Below, piece by piece: positions 18,318 to 28,325 of a stretch of DNA of 64,000 nucleotides (the stretch's first letter is position 1; every line of letters begins with the position of its first letter). Source of the DNA: Candidatus Kapaibacterium sp. (GTDB lineage Bacteria > Bacteroidota > Ignavibacteria > Kapaibacteriales > UBA2268). The notes beneath the pieces are model-generated. The model made no database searches and was not told the origin of the DNA. It was given only the letters and a program-made list of their open reading frames with translations. The translations under genes and the position numbers were made by a program. Location of the stretch: contig JAVSMQ010000001.1 in NCBI GenBank assembly GCA_032027125.1, forward strand, positions 1,108,149 to 1,172,148. Reading direction: 5' to 3'.

Positions 18318-19688
18318 TTATTTAATCCTGTTTAATTTTACAAATAATTCAGGTAGAATTTCTTTTTCAAAGAACTCTTTATGTAAGAGTTTAACAGCAT
18401 TTTCGAGGTCTTCTTCAGCAACAATAATACTTAAATTCACTTCTGATGCTCCCATGCTAATCATTGAAATATTAACGCCGTTTATTGCTCCGAAAAATTT
18501 TGACGCTATACCCGATGTATTTCGTATTCCTTCACCCACAGCAGAAATAACAGCACGGTTACCGATAATTTCTATACTTGAAAATGACTGCAAATCGCGA
18601 ATTATTGAATCAAGATTATTGTCATTATCAATTGTCAGAGAAATGCTGACTTCGGAAGTTGTAACAAGGTCAACGGAAGTTTCATTCAGCAAAAATACAT
18701 CAAACACTTTGGCAAGAAAGCCGTAAGCACCAAGCATTCTGTTAGAAGTAATGTTTATAATAGTTATATTTCGCCTGAAAGCAATTGCTTTAATAATATT
18801 GCTGACCGGTGAAGATTTTTTGATGAGGGTTCCTGTTGATTCTGGATTATATGAATTAAGAACATAAACAGGAATATTTGATTCGATTGCCGGATAAATT
18901 GTCTTTGGATGCAGAACATTTGCACCAAAATATGCAAGTTCGGATGCTTCAATATATGATATTTCACGCAAAAGCATTGCATTGTGAATCACTCTCGGGT
19001 CGGATGTAAGTATTCCGTCAACATCTGTCCATATTTCAAGCGAACCGGAATTCAGGCATTTTGCAATTACGGCAGCAGAATAATCCGAGCCGCCGCGTCC
19101 CAAAGTGGTTGTATTTCCAAATTTGTCAGATGCTATGAATCCGCCGCAGAAAACTGCATTAACTGTTTTCAAACTACCGGATAATAAATCATTTATCAAT
19201 TGACTGCTGTTTTCAAAATCTACTTCAGCTTCTGTAAAATTGCTGTCTGTTCGGATTAATTTTCGTGAATCAATATGTATCGCATCATATATGTGATTTT
19301 TTGCATATTCAGCAATTATATAAGAAGATAGTGTTTCACCGATTGCATAAATCATATCCTTTGACTTATTTGAAATTTCGCCGATTACGTTCAAAGCATA
19401 AATCACTCTGCATAATTCATCAATATTCTGATTAATAAATTCAATTACAGAACTACTCAAATTAAGGTCTGAGGCTGTCTTGAGGTGGATACTTCTTAAA
19501 TCGGCAGCAATTTTCAGTGCTTCATCAGACTTACGGGATATTAACATATCGCAAATACTTACCAGTTTATTGGTTACTCCTGCAAATGCAGATACCACCA
19601 CAACACGACGGTCATTTTTTGATTCAACAATTTTTAATGTTCTTCTGATTGCGGAAGCATCTTTTACCGATGTACCGCCAAATTTCAT
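18318..19688 (-). CDS. lysC: Aspartate kinase, monofunctional, with C-terminal ACT domains. Start chosen at MKFGGTSV; the longer ORF extends to 19739.
   Basis: MKFGGTSV nucleotide-binding start. Amino-acid kinase fold with VVVVSAFAGVTN and LGRGGSDYSAAV. ACT-like C-terminal region. Forms a lysC-lysA pair. Confidence 0.85.
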   Translation of the reverse strand: MKFGGTSVKDASAIRRTLKIVESKNDRRVVVVSAFAGVTNKLVSICDMLISRKSDEALKIAADLRSIHLKTASDLNLSSSVIEFINQNIDELCRVIYALNVIGEISNKSKDMIYAIGETLSSYIIAEYAKNHIYDAIHIDSRKLIRTDSNFTEAEVDFENSSQLINDLLSGSLKTVNAVFCGGFIASDKFGNTTTLGRGGSDYSAAVIAKCLNSGSLEIWTDVDGILTSDPRVIHNAMLLREISYIEASELAYFGANVLHPKTIYPAIESNIPVYVLNSYNPESTGTLIKKSSPVSNIIKAIAFRRNITIINITSNRMLGAYGFLAKVFDVFLLNETSVDLVTTSEVSISLTIDNDNNLDSIIRDLQSFSSIEIIGNRAVISAVGEGIRNTSGIASKFFGAINGVNISMISMGASEVNLSIIVAEEDLENAVKLLHKEFFEKEILPELFVKLNRIK

Positions 19689-19942
19689 TACAATCATAAA
19701 TTTATAATCAATTAAATTTTCTAAATGAGTAGTATGCAAAAATAATAAATATTACTGAATTTTTATAGACTATATGAAAATAAATGTAACTACTTAACCG
19801 AATTTAAGGAAATTGGCAAATATATCAAAATTAGAAATAAAAATTGAGAATAACGAATTAAATCCATACTTACTGCCAAATACTATAATATAAATAGTAT
19901 TTTATATTATTTGATAATTTTGACTGAGTAGTCACAAATATG

Positions 19943-21121
19943 TTATTCCGGCAGCCGGTTTTTTAAATCATGAGTACTTAAAATATCTTTAGCTACAATC
20001 AATTTCCTGGCATTGTCAACCTGATCCCAGGTATTCCAAAGCAGTACGCCCCTTACCCTGCCCTCATTCAAATAGTAAACAACTCCTTCACGAAACTCTT
20101 CTTTCCAGTCTTCAAAAATTTCATATCCCGAATTAAGTTCACCGACAGCTTCGTAAGCAAGGTCAAATAGGTCTGAGTAAAAATACGGCAGATGATGGTA
20201 AGGTGTGCTTCCCCCTGCCATATTCCTTCCGGCAAGTTCACCCATTACCAGTGAATTATCTTCGTGTTCAACTCTTCTTCTTTTGTCAAGAGCAGGATTA
20301 TAATAATTAGCGACATCTCCTGCAGCATAAATGTCAGGATGGGATGTCTGCAACAACTCATTTACCACAATTCCGTTATCAATCTTCAATCCGGCTGATT
20401 TGGCAAGTTCGGTATCGGGTTCAATTCCAATACCTGCAACTACACCATCAACAATCAGCTCATGCCCGCTTTTGGTTTTTACATAATATTTCGAATTTCT
20501 TTTTTCAATATTTTCAACACCATCCTTAGCAAGTATTTTTATACCCTTTGTTTCGTAATAATCAGAGATAAAACGGGAGAGTGCTTTCGGGTAAACATTT
20601 GCACCTATAGTTTTATCGGGAAATATCATTGTAACGGATTTGTCGTTAATTGTAAGGGCTGCAGCAATTTCCGAACCGATAAATCCACCGCCGATTACAA
20701 GAAAATCATTACTCTTTTCGGTTAATTCTCTTAAGCTGTAATAATCATCCAGAGTACGGAAATATATAATACCATCTGCATTAAATGGAAGTTTCCTGGT
20801 TTTCCCGCCGGTTGCGATAAGCAGTTTGCCGTAATGATAACTCTTTCCGGTATCATCAATTACAATCTTCTCTTTCGGGTTAATACTAACGACCTTTTTT
20901 CCAAGATGGATTTCAACATCCTCAAGAGGAGTATTACACCATACTGTTTCAAAAGGTTCTCCAAGCCAGAGTTTCTTGGATAATGGCGGACGATTATAAG
21001 GCAGATGGTTTTCGCTGCTTAAGAGTCCTATTTTTACAGAATTGTTTTCCTGACGAATACCACCTAATGCAGCGTTTGCGGCAATTCCGCCGCCAATAAT
21101 CAAATACTGATAGTCTTGCAT
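19943..21121 (-). CDS. FAD/NAD(P)-dependent pyridine-nucleotide-disulfide-family oxidoreductase (AIF/ferredoxin-reductase-like).
   Basis: N-terminal FAD Rossmann YLIIGGGIAANAALGG. Second dinucleotide fold FLVIGGGFIGSEIAAAL. AAGDVA motif near the C-terminal third. Confidence 0.7.
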   Translation of the reverse strand: MQDYQYLIIGGGIAANAALGGIRQENNSVKIGLLSSENHLPYNRPPLSKKLWLGEPFETVWCNTPLEDVEIHLGKKVVSINPKEKIVIDDTGKSYHYGKLLIATGGKTRKLPFNADGIIYFRTLDDYYSLRELTEKSNDFLVIGGGFIGSEIAAALTINDKSVTMIFPDKTIGANVYPKALSRFISDYYETKGIKILAKDGVENIEKRNSKYYVKTKSGHELIVDGVVAGIGIEPDTELAKSAGLKIDNGIVVNELLQTSHPDIYAAGDVANYYNPALDKRRRVEHEDNSLVMGELAGRNMAGGSTPYHHLPYFYSDLFDLAYEAVGELNSGYEIFEDWKEEFREGVVYYLNEGRVRGVLLWNTWDQVDNARKLIVAKDILSTHDLKNRLPE

Positions 21122-21314
21122 AATTTCATATCCATAAGATTTAACATTTGTAATTAATAATGAATTAGTTGCTTTGATTGTTTTAGTTTAATTTATTTAG
21201 TCAGGCAAGTACTGATTTGAACTTTAAGAGATTAGGATAGGGTAAAAAAACCTCAAGTTTTTTTCAAGAAAACAATTAAACTTTAAACTAACCCAAATTT
21301 CCAAAGTACCGGTA

Positions 21315-21464
21315 TCATATTACTTTCCTTCCCTGAATGATACGTACTAATATAACAATAACAGCAATCACAAGAAGTATGTGAATAAAGCCACTCATCG
21401 TATAGGAAGAAACCATTCCAAGCAGCCAAAGCACAATCAATATAACAGCAATTAGATAAAGCAT
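21315..21464 (-). CDS. Small lmo0937-family membrane protein (~50 aa). Start set at MLYLIAV.
   Basis: MLYLIAVILIVLWLLGMVSSYTMSGFIHILLVIAVIVILVRIIQGRKV matches the conserved lmo0937-type two-helix pattern. An AGGAG Shine-Dalgarno lies 7 nt upstream of this ATG. Confidence 0.7.
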   Translation of the reverse strand: MLYLIAVILIVLWLLGMVSSYTMSGFIHILLVIAVIVILVRIIQGRKVI

Positions 21465-21712
21465 AGGTACACTCCTAAAATTTGTGATATATATGTAAGT
21501 TTGTGCATCGGACAAATCAGGTATTTGCCGTCAACATATTAAGTTACGTATAAGAAATTATATTATTTGATATGAAAACCAAACCATAATTCGTGAAAGA
21601 ATTTCTTCAATTAAGTTGTGGGAAAATTAAGAACGATAATAAATATTATATTTGTAAAAGTATAATTTTTGATTACAATTTTCAATATTTATCTGAATTA
21701 TATTCCGAAATA

Positions 21713-22558
21713 TTACCTGACTGCTTCCCACTCTTTTGATACAGATTTGCCGAACCACCATACAGACATTGAGTTGAGCAGCCATACAAAAATTGTTTTC
21801 ATATAACCGTACTTTCTAAATCTGCGGGGGGATTCATAAATTAATATTTTTCTTTCAAATTTAATTTTGGAGATTTTTGAAATTCTTCTGTACAGGTCAA
21901 AGTCTTCACCTGCAACTATACTATCATTATAACCGCCGACCCTGTCGAAAATATCACGTTTCACTATCTGGCACTCTCCTCTGCCCATTCCAAGTCCTGC
22001 AAGATTCAGAAAGTGTACATAATTGTTATGAATAAAATAAAATATTTTGTCTTTGAATAATACTTCATCGGGAAAACCGCTGATATAACAAGCCAAGGCA
22101 CCACGTTTAGCGTAAATTCCATCTTTTTTCGAAAATTCAATAATAAAATCAAGAAATACATTTATATCTGCCGGAACGGAATCAACATTGAGAAAAACAA
22201 GAATTTCACCTTTCGCAAATTCAGCACCGCGGTTTCTGCCCTGAGCAATGTTTTGTCTTTCAGAACTTTTGTGAATTACAACTGCATCTGCATAAATTTG
22301 AGCTATATTTGCTGTTTCGTCTGTACTGCCGCCGTCACTGACAATTAATTCAAAATTATATTCTTTTCTTAACGATTCCGGAAACAACTTTAAATGTGAT
22401 TCAATAATCTTTTCTTCCTGATAAACAGGAACGATAATACTAAATTTTGGATTAAGCTGTCTGAATTCTTTCTTAAAAACCAATGATTTAGCTGTATCCC
22501 CTTCTACCATCTCTACAGTCGAATTAATCATCCTGTCATTTGGATTAATATAATGCAA
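21713..22558 (-). CDS. Family 2 glycosyltransferase.
   Basis: GT-A fold motifs: FSIIVPVYQEE near the N-terminus, then VSDGGSTDET and a DxD-like region (VFLNVDSVP). Confidence 0.75.
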   Translation of the reverse strand: MHYINPNDRMINSTVEMVEGDTAKSLVFKKEFRQLNPKFSIIVPVYQEEKIIESHLKLFPESLRKEYNFELIVSDGGSTDETANIAQIYADAVVIHKSSERQNIAQGRNRGAEFAKGEILVFLNVDSVPADINVFLDFIIEFSKKDGIYAKRGALACYISGFPDEVLFKDKIFYFIHNNYVHFLNLAGLGMGRGECQIVKRDIFDRVGGYNDSIVAGEDFDLYRRISKISKIKFERKILIYESPRRFRKYGYMKTIFVWLLNSMSVWWFGKSVSKEWEAVR

Positions 22559-22715
22559 AAAAATCTACCCGTTTAAATTTACAAACTACAAAATTAAGGA
22601 TTTTTTACCATATAAAACTCAATTTTTTGGAAACCGGCTTAACTTTTAAGTAATTTGTAAACTTTAAATTTTAAAATATTCTATTACCACTGCTGAAAAA
22701 CAACTCATTTTCTCT

Positions 22716-22769
22716 AAAAAAAAAGCCGCCCTTAATAGTACTCCTGACAGAGTTCCAATTAAGGGCGGC
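22716..22769 (-). terminator. Rho-independent terminator downstream of the 1364-aa T9SS cargo gene.
   Basis: On the minus strand: GCCGCCCTTAAT...ATTAAGGGCGGC followed by a T9 run. Confidence 0.8.
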
Positions 22770-22794
22770 AATATTTAACTTCTTATATCAGAAA

Positions 22795-25700
22795 TTATCT
22801 GATAACAACCAATTTCTGAGCAAGTCGTACGCCGTTTGCTTCTAATATGTAGAAGTAAGTACCGCTTACGAGATTTTTTGCCTGAGCATCAAGATTGATG
22901 AGGTGAGTACCGATAGCAAAATTGCCTTCTGTCAATACAGTATGAGCTGCACCTGAGACATCTGACAATGTTATCTTAACATAAGATTCTACCGGAACAT
23001 TGAAGCTGATTACGGAATTTCCCTGAACAGGATTAGGCATCGCTGTCGAGAGTGAATATCCGTTTTTAGAGACTTCAATCACATCTGTTGTACCGGTTGT
23101 GATTACTACCGCAGCCATCAGTGATGTTACTGCACCACAGTCATTGGAGACTACTACATAATAATCACCGGCATCATCAGGTGTTGTTACATCAACTATA
23201 TAATCAGGTACTGTCAAAGTGGAGACAAGAGCGCCATCTTTGTACCATTTATAAGTTAATACTTCAGATACATCATTGCCCTGTGCTGTTACTGACAGCA
23301 TTAACTGCCGTCCTGATTCAACAGTAGCATCAAGCGGTTGTTCGGTGATTACTGGTTTGGTATTAACATTTAATGTTACCAAATCGGATTGTTTGGAAAC
23401 TGTAGTTCCTTCAAGTGATGCAACAGCATAATACTGACCTTCATCAGAAGCATCTATTGCGTAAATGATTAGGTGTTTGCTTTGTGAGCCTTCAATTTTA
23501 GGTAAGTTGTCAATTATTGCATTTCCGTCCTTATACCATTGATAATTTATCAATTTTGTTCCGGGTGTAGAAGCATTAACATTGAAGATGACATCTTTGC
23601 CGGCACAATCGGCATTGTCTATCGGCTGCTGCTCGATTACAACTTCATTGCTTTCTTCTGTTAAATCTGCTTTTGCTGTTTTTACTGTTCCGCAAAGTCC
23701 AATTATAACTGCATAATAGGTACCAACATCAGATGAGCGGAATTTGTTTATTGTCAGATAGTTTGATTTTGAACCCGATACCCATTTATTATCAACAAGA
23801 GGAATATCATTGGCTTCATCAACATATCTGTACCATTGTACCTGAACAGCACCATTGGCAAGTGCTGTTTCGAGGTCAACTCCGTTTACGTGTGCTTCAA
23901 CCATCAGTGTTGCTGTAGTACCGACCATAACTCCGTGCGATTCAGGCTCACGGGTAATATCAGTCGGGCGGGTAACATAAACAGCTACTTCACGTGAGTA
24001 AACAGGTAATGTTGCTCCCGGTCCCATTACGAGGCATTTGTAAATACCTGCCTGATTATGACGAAGATTCGGGAAATACAGAATTGGCTGGTCAGCACCC
24101 GGTATAGCTACGCCGTCAAGTTCCCACTGATAATTCATAGGAGCGTTATAACCGATTGCTGACGATACTGTCAGAATATTATATGTAGTACCGACACAGT
24201 CAACGAAACCGTCAGTCTGACGTTCAATTGTAATTGTCAGGAAGATTTCATCAGCACCGCTAAAGTATGACATTCTGTTTTCGCCGTCAAAATCTGAAGA
24301 CTCAATATACCAGCCGTTCCAGTTAGTACCGATATTAAATAACGGAATTGTGTTGAGAAGGGCTGCATTATATATTTTCAAATGCGGGTCTGAAGGACTG
24401 AAAAACTCAACATTTACTGCTGAAGATGCCGGCATTAAACCTGCATTATGAACAGCAGCCATATCAGCATAATTCACACCGTTAATGTTTACGATGTTAG
24501 CACCTAAAGTATAAAGAACGTTCTGGTCAATATTAAGGGAAGATTCCGCTTGAATTGCAGTACCTGTACCATTATTTTTGAAAATATTTCTCATAATTCT
24601 TGCAGAAGCACCGGTTACACGGGTTACAGGATTTAAATTGAATTCAACCGAAGCAGTATTATAGACTACATCAAGCATAGGTGAATTATCAATATCCATT
24701 GCCATAATATTTGAGCCCATAAGCATATTATTGCCGACAGCGCCAACCGAGCCTGATATATCAATCATTGCACAGCCGTAATTTGCTGATTGAGACATAA
24801 CAATCATGTTCTTATTAACAATTGTGTATGCACTTGTTACTTTAATACCGTTGATATTTGAACAATTGTTTATGCTGTTGTTTTCAATCCATGCAGTATT
24901 ATTGGCGTCGGGTCCGGTATGAATGACATTAATCAATCCATCATTTGCATTTCCTGTACCGATAATATCTGCAATATTATTATTGCTGATAGTAGTGCTG
25001 TTCATTGAATAGATAGCACCTGCCGGATTGCCTGATGTTTTGAGAAAGTTATTTTGAATAACTACTGAATTACCCGCTAAAGAAGAATACAGCACATTAT
25101 AGATTCCATGCCATGAGAAATTCAGGAAATTATTGCCGTCAATATTTAAAACAGGAGAGTTGTTTGATGTGTTCCATATACCTACAGAACCCATATTAAA
25201 TGCAGTACCTGTGATTGCAACATTGGTTGTATTATCCAAAGTAACAAGATTATAGGCTCCTGCTTTTGGTGAATTTGCAACACCGTTGAAAACCATTTTT
25301 CTGAAAGTTAAACCGCTTAAATTTCTTGCATCAACTATTCTGCCTGCATTGCTGACATTTGAGTTATTATTTTGAATAGTTATATTCTCGAAAGTAACAT
25401 TATTGATATTAGCAAGCTGCACAACAAAGTTATTAACCGAATTAGGACTGTTTGTCAATGTTACGTCGTAAGCCTGACCGGTCTGTGAGCGGAAAATAAC
25501 AGGATTGTTATTTGACAACGGGCTGTTAAGAATAATCTGTCCGTCATAAGTTCCGGGACGGATTTCAACAATTACTGTTCCCAATCCGAAAACACCGCTT
25601 GAATTAAGATATGAAGCAGCTTCTGACGGTGAACCGAAATGCGCATTTGCGCCGCCGGCAAAATATACACCTGCTGAAAGCGATGGACCTATACCTCCGG

Positions 25701-26889
25701 TATATTTATCATTGCTTGGATTTTCATCGGCAACATTGTTTGGAAGTTCTGTCCAGACTTCTACAGCAAATGCACCTAAAGGGGTTTTGTTATAGAAGAA
25801 ATATGTACCCACATTGAGGTCAAGATATTCGTTTTGTTTGATGCTTAATCCTGTGAAAGTTTTTGGTGTTTGTGTAACTCCGTCAACTTTCCAGTTAACA
25901 GTAACACTCGAAAGCGGTTTTGGAGCATAATTCATAACTCTTGCTCTTACCTGAGTTGTACCTGCACCAAAACCTTCAGGCGGACCGAAGAAACCGATTG
26001 CGCCGCAATCGTTTAAGCTTGGGACTGTATTAACCTGATACAAGTCATTGCCCGGGTCAGCGTCAGGGTTTTTGCCGTTAACATCTTTAACTAAAAATTT
26101 CATTTGGAACGGGTCGAAGTTTACTTCGTTCTGAGGATATACAAAGTCAAAATTGCCCATATTTACATTTGTAGTCTGGCCATCACTCATGTTTCCTGTC
26201 CATGACACAGTCCCCTGAAATACACTGTTAACCCACCAATCAATCTTTGCACTAACAAGATTCAAATCAGCATTGTTTGATTTGAGTGTTACATTAACAG
26301 GATAATTACCAACAAGATAAGGTTTAACAGGAGTAGTCATTGCTGTAACTAAACCATCAGCCTTAGGTAGAACAAGATTTACTGTATAATCCTCTACTTC
26401 GCCATAGCCTACGGTTGCATCACCGCATGGGTTTGGAGTTTCGGTATCGGTCATTCTTACTCTCATTCTGGTTGAACCTTCCAACGCATTACTCGGAATT
26501 GAAACATCTCCCCGATAATAATAACCATCTCCTTCATCACATTTAAGTTCAACTCCTTCAGTACTTGTATCAAATACTCCATCCTGATTAAAATCAATCC
26601 AAATACTTACTCGGTCATTATACCATGCATCACCATTATATACTTCAGCAAAATATTTTTTTCCAGCTATCAAAGTAGTGGACATAGAAGTATAATCGGC
26701 TACTCCGCTGCTCCAATCGCAATCGGTATTTGCTAAATCATTAATGTAGAATTCGCAAATATATTCGTATAAATATTTTGTCGAAGCATCACAATACTGC
26801 GCCTCAGATTGGGAGTATAGAAACGGCATCAAGATAATGCCAAGAAGTAAAAGCTTCATTGCTTTTATAAAACCAGTATTCCTTTTCAT
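22795..26889 (-). CDS. Very large secreted protein with a GEVED-type N-terminal region, an Asn-rich parallel beta-helix repeat region, tandem Ig-like domains and a C-terminal T9SS sorting domain.
   Basis: Signal peptide MKRNTGFIKAMKLLLLGIILMPFLYSQSEA. GEVEDYTVNL motif. Long N-rich repeats (NNNSNVSN..., right-handed beta-helix-like). Repeated ~90-aa Ig-like units with conserved W/Y. C-terminal KITLSDVSG...GTYFYILEANGVRLAQKLVVIR fits the T9SS C-terminal domain. Confidence 0.7.
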   Translation of the reverse strand: MKRNTGFIKAMKLLLLGIILMPFLYSQSEAQYCDASTKYLYEYICEFYINDLANTDCDWSSGVADYTSMSTTLIAGKKYFAEVYNGDAWYNDRVSIWIDFNQDGVFDTSTEGVELKCDEGDGYYYRGDVSIPSNALEGSTRMRVRMTDTETPNPCGDATVGYGEVEDYTVNLVLPKADGLVTAMTTPVKPYLVGNYPVNVTLKSNNADLNLVSAKIDWWVNSVFQGTVSWTGNMSDGQTTNVNMGNFDFVYPQNEVNFDPFQMKFLVKDVNGKNPDADPGNDLYQVNTVPSLNDCGAIGFFGPPEGFGAGTTQVRARVMNYAPKPLSSVTVNWKVDGVTQTPKTFTGLSIKQNEYLDLNVGTYFFYNKTPLGAFAVEVWTELPNNVADENPSNDKYTGGIGPSLSAGVYFAGGANAHFGSPSEAASYLNSSGVFGLGTVIVEIRPGTYDGQIILNSPLSNNNPVIFRSQTGQAYDVTLTNSPNSVNNFVVQLANINNVTFENITIQNNNSNVSNAGRIVDARNLSGLTFRKMVFNGVANSPKAGAYNLVTLDNTTNVAITGTAFNMGSVGIWNTSNNSPVLNIDGNNFLNFSWHGIYNVLYSSLAGNSVVIQNNFLKTSGNPAGAIYSMNSTTISNNNIADIIGTGNANDGLINVIHTGPDANNTAWIENNSINNCSNINGIKVTSAYTIVNKNMIVMSQSANYGCAMIDISGSVGAVGNNMLMGSNIMAMDIDNSPMLDVVYNTASVEFNLNPVTRVTGASARIMRNIFKNNGTGTAIQAESSLNIDQNVLYTLGANIVNINGVNYADMAAVHNAGLMPASSAVNVEFFSPSDPHLKIYNAALLNTIPLFNIGTNWNGWYIESSDFDGENRMSYFSGADEIFLTITIERQTDGFVDCVGTTYNILTVSSAIGYNAPMNYQWELDGVAIPGADQPILYFPNLRHNQAGIYKCLVMGPGATLPVYSREVAVYVTRPTDITREPESHGVMVGTTATLMVEAHVNGVDLETALANGAVQVQWYRYVDEANDIPLVDNKWVSGSKSNYLTINKFRSSDVGTYYAVIIGLCGTVKTAKADLTEESNEVVIEQQPIDNADCAGKDVIFNVNASTPGTKLINYQWYKDGNAIIDNLPKIEGSQSKHLIIYAIDASDEGQYYAVASLEGTTVSKQSDLVTLNVNTKPVITEQPLDATVESGRQLMLSVTAQGNDVSEVLTYKWYKDGALVSTLTVPDYIVDVTTPDDAGDYYVVVSNDCGAVTSLMAAVVITTGTTDVIEVSKNGYSLSTAMPNPVQGNSVISFNVPVESYVKITLSDVSGAAHTVLTEGNFAIGTHLINLDAQAKNLVSGTYFYILEANGVRLAQKLVVIR

Positions 26890-27099
26890 AAATCCACCTT
26901 CATAAATTTAAAACAATATACTTTATTATCACAATTTTCAATACTTTACTAAAAAAAACCATTTATCAAAAGACAAAATAAATAAATAATTTTAAACCTC
27001 AAAACAAATAATTAAATAAATGTTGTGAATTATAATTTTTTTAAAAAAGAGAAAAAAATAAAATAAAATGTATTTGTATTTAAACAATTATTTTATTAG

Positions 27100-27417
27100 A
27101 TTTGCATCGAAAGATTAGTACTAAAACAGAATGGAAATACTTCTGTTAATCAGACCAATATTGATAATACCAAGTTATTGATATATCCTAATCCTACAAA
27201 CGATGATTTGTCAATTGACTACTTAATATCTGAAAATATGCAAAATTGCAAAGTACAGATTACTAACCTTAGCGGCAATATTGTGTATGAAATTGATATT
27301 AATGAAAGTAAAGGTTTACTGAAATTTAATGCTGGTCAACTAATTTCCGGTGCTTATTTTGTAAACATAATTTCAAATAATTCAACTTTGAAGTCAGTCA
27401 AATTCGTTAAAAAATAA
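27100..27417 (+). pseudogene. Orphan T9SS C-terminal sorting-domain remnant. The frame opens right after a stop codon with no upstream domain or credible start.
   Basis: Frame open from 27100 reads ...NTSVNQTNIDNTKLLIYPNPTNDDLSIDYLISENMQNCKVQITNLSGNIVYEIDINESKGLLKFNAGQLISGAYFVNIISNNSTLKSVKFVKK. This is a canonical T9SS C-terminal domain but only ~105 aa in total, preceded by TAG and the divergent promoter region. Confidence 0.6.
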
Positions 27418-27454
27418 AATCAAAGGTAAAATTATTGATGTTTTTTCCAATTAA

Positions 27455-27491
27455 CCCTTCCGAAAAATCAATGTTTTCGGAAGGGTTTTTC
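27455..27491 (+). terminator. Rho-independent terminator just downstream of the T9SS C-terminal-domain remnant.
   Basis: cccttccgaaaa-atcaatg-ttttcggaaggg followed by a T5 run. Confidence 0.7.
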
Positions 27492-27926
27492 ATATTACAT
27501 AAAATAATTCAAATAAAAATTGAAAATAATTCCACAGTTTTGATTTTATTTCTTGCATATCAAATATTTATACTTATTTTTATAAAAAATAGTGTTTCAA
27601 TTTATGATTTATTTGTCTCTTACAGAGTATCTATCTGTTTCTGTTTCTTTACTTTGAGAAAAAGTACAAATGTTTTGAAGAAAAAATGTCCTGCATCTAA
27701 TTTTTATCTGGTTTTGATTTTGAATTGTATAGTCACGGGACTATAATATTGGGTATTTAATAAGTTTTTTTGTCTTACGATGACAATTTACCATTGTTCT
27801 TTGACATATAAATTATCAAATCCGCTGTTTACTGCATCAGCGAATCCATTCTTTGTTATGTGGTATATGTAAAATTACTCTCCGATTTTGTTCAATTTAA
27901 CACCGAAAGTAATAAAACGAGTGTTG

Positions 27927-28175
27927 ATGCACTTCACGCGGTATTTCCCGACCCTCGATGAGTGTATTACCGCCCTCGATGAGCGTGTTACCGTCCTCGA
28001 TGAGCGTATTACCGTCCTCGATGAGCGTATTACCATCCTCGATGAGCGTATTACCACCCTCGATGAGCGTATTACCACCCTCGACGAGTGTATTACCGTC
28101 CTCGATGAGTGTATTACCACCCTCGATGAGTGTATTACCACCCTCGATGAGTGTATTACCGTCCTCGGAGAATGA
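27927..28175 (+). CDS. Putative small heptad-repeat (coiled-coil) protein encoded across the 21-nt tandem repeat. Coding status uncertain.
   Basis: Frame reads MHFTRYFPT then (LDE[C/R][I/V]T[V/T/I/A]) x10 then VLGE-stop, with hydrophobic L and I at a 4/3 spacing as in heptads. Same strand and 150 bp upstream of the FN3 protein gene. No strong start or RBS evidence. Confidence 0.3.
   Translation: MHFTRYFPTLDECITALDERVTVLDERITVLDERITILDERITTLDERITTLDECITVLDECITTLDECITTLDECITVLGE
27951..28167. repeat. Tandem array of ~10.3 copies of a 21-nt unit (CTCGATGAG YGT RTTACC RYC). Variation is confined to 3-4 positions per unit.
   Basis: Direct reading shows ctcgatgag at a strict 21-nt period from 27954 to 28155, with the last unit degenerating into ctcggagaatgatga. 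Two plus-strand frames and one minus-strand frame are open across it. Confidence 0.9.
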
Positions 28176-28325
28176 TGAACAGTTATGAAAAAAAATATAA
28201 AATTTGTATTTTGTTTATTTAAAATATTGCAATAGGATATGATAATTTCACTAAGCGGTTTTTAAAAGTTATTAAATTAAACAATTTAATAACTTAATTT
28301 TATAAATTAAATAACAGGTATTAAC

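Noticed and set aside
19740-19942. Looked for a lysine (L-box) riboswitch in the leader of lysC-lysA.
   Set aside because: The 200-bp leader is extremely AT-rich and lacks the conserved G-rich L-box helices and the GAGGCGC/ccgagg-type segments. No support from sequence.
27435-27746. 103-aa plus-strand ORF downstream of the T9SS C-terminal-domain remnant.
   Set aside because: Low-complexity, Ile/Phe/Leu-rich translation of AT-rich DNA. It spans a rho-independent terminator at 27455-27491. No conserved features; likely spurious.
27875-28141. Minus-strand ORF (88 aa, VIRSSR repeats) and second plus-strand ORF (27958-28188, MSVLPS repeats) across the 21-nt tandem repeat.
   Set aside because: All three arise only because the 21-nt unit lacks stops in those frames. 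The Arg/Ser-rich and SVLP frames have no sensible start context. The LDE[C/R]IT[V/T] frame is the only one with a coiled-coil-like register, and even that is reported at low confidence.
27951-28167. Considered whether the regular repeats could be a CRISPR array.
   Set aside because: Units are contiguous 21-mers with no unique spacers between them and no cas genes nearby. This is a tandem repeat, not repeat-spacer architecture.
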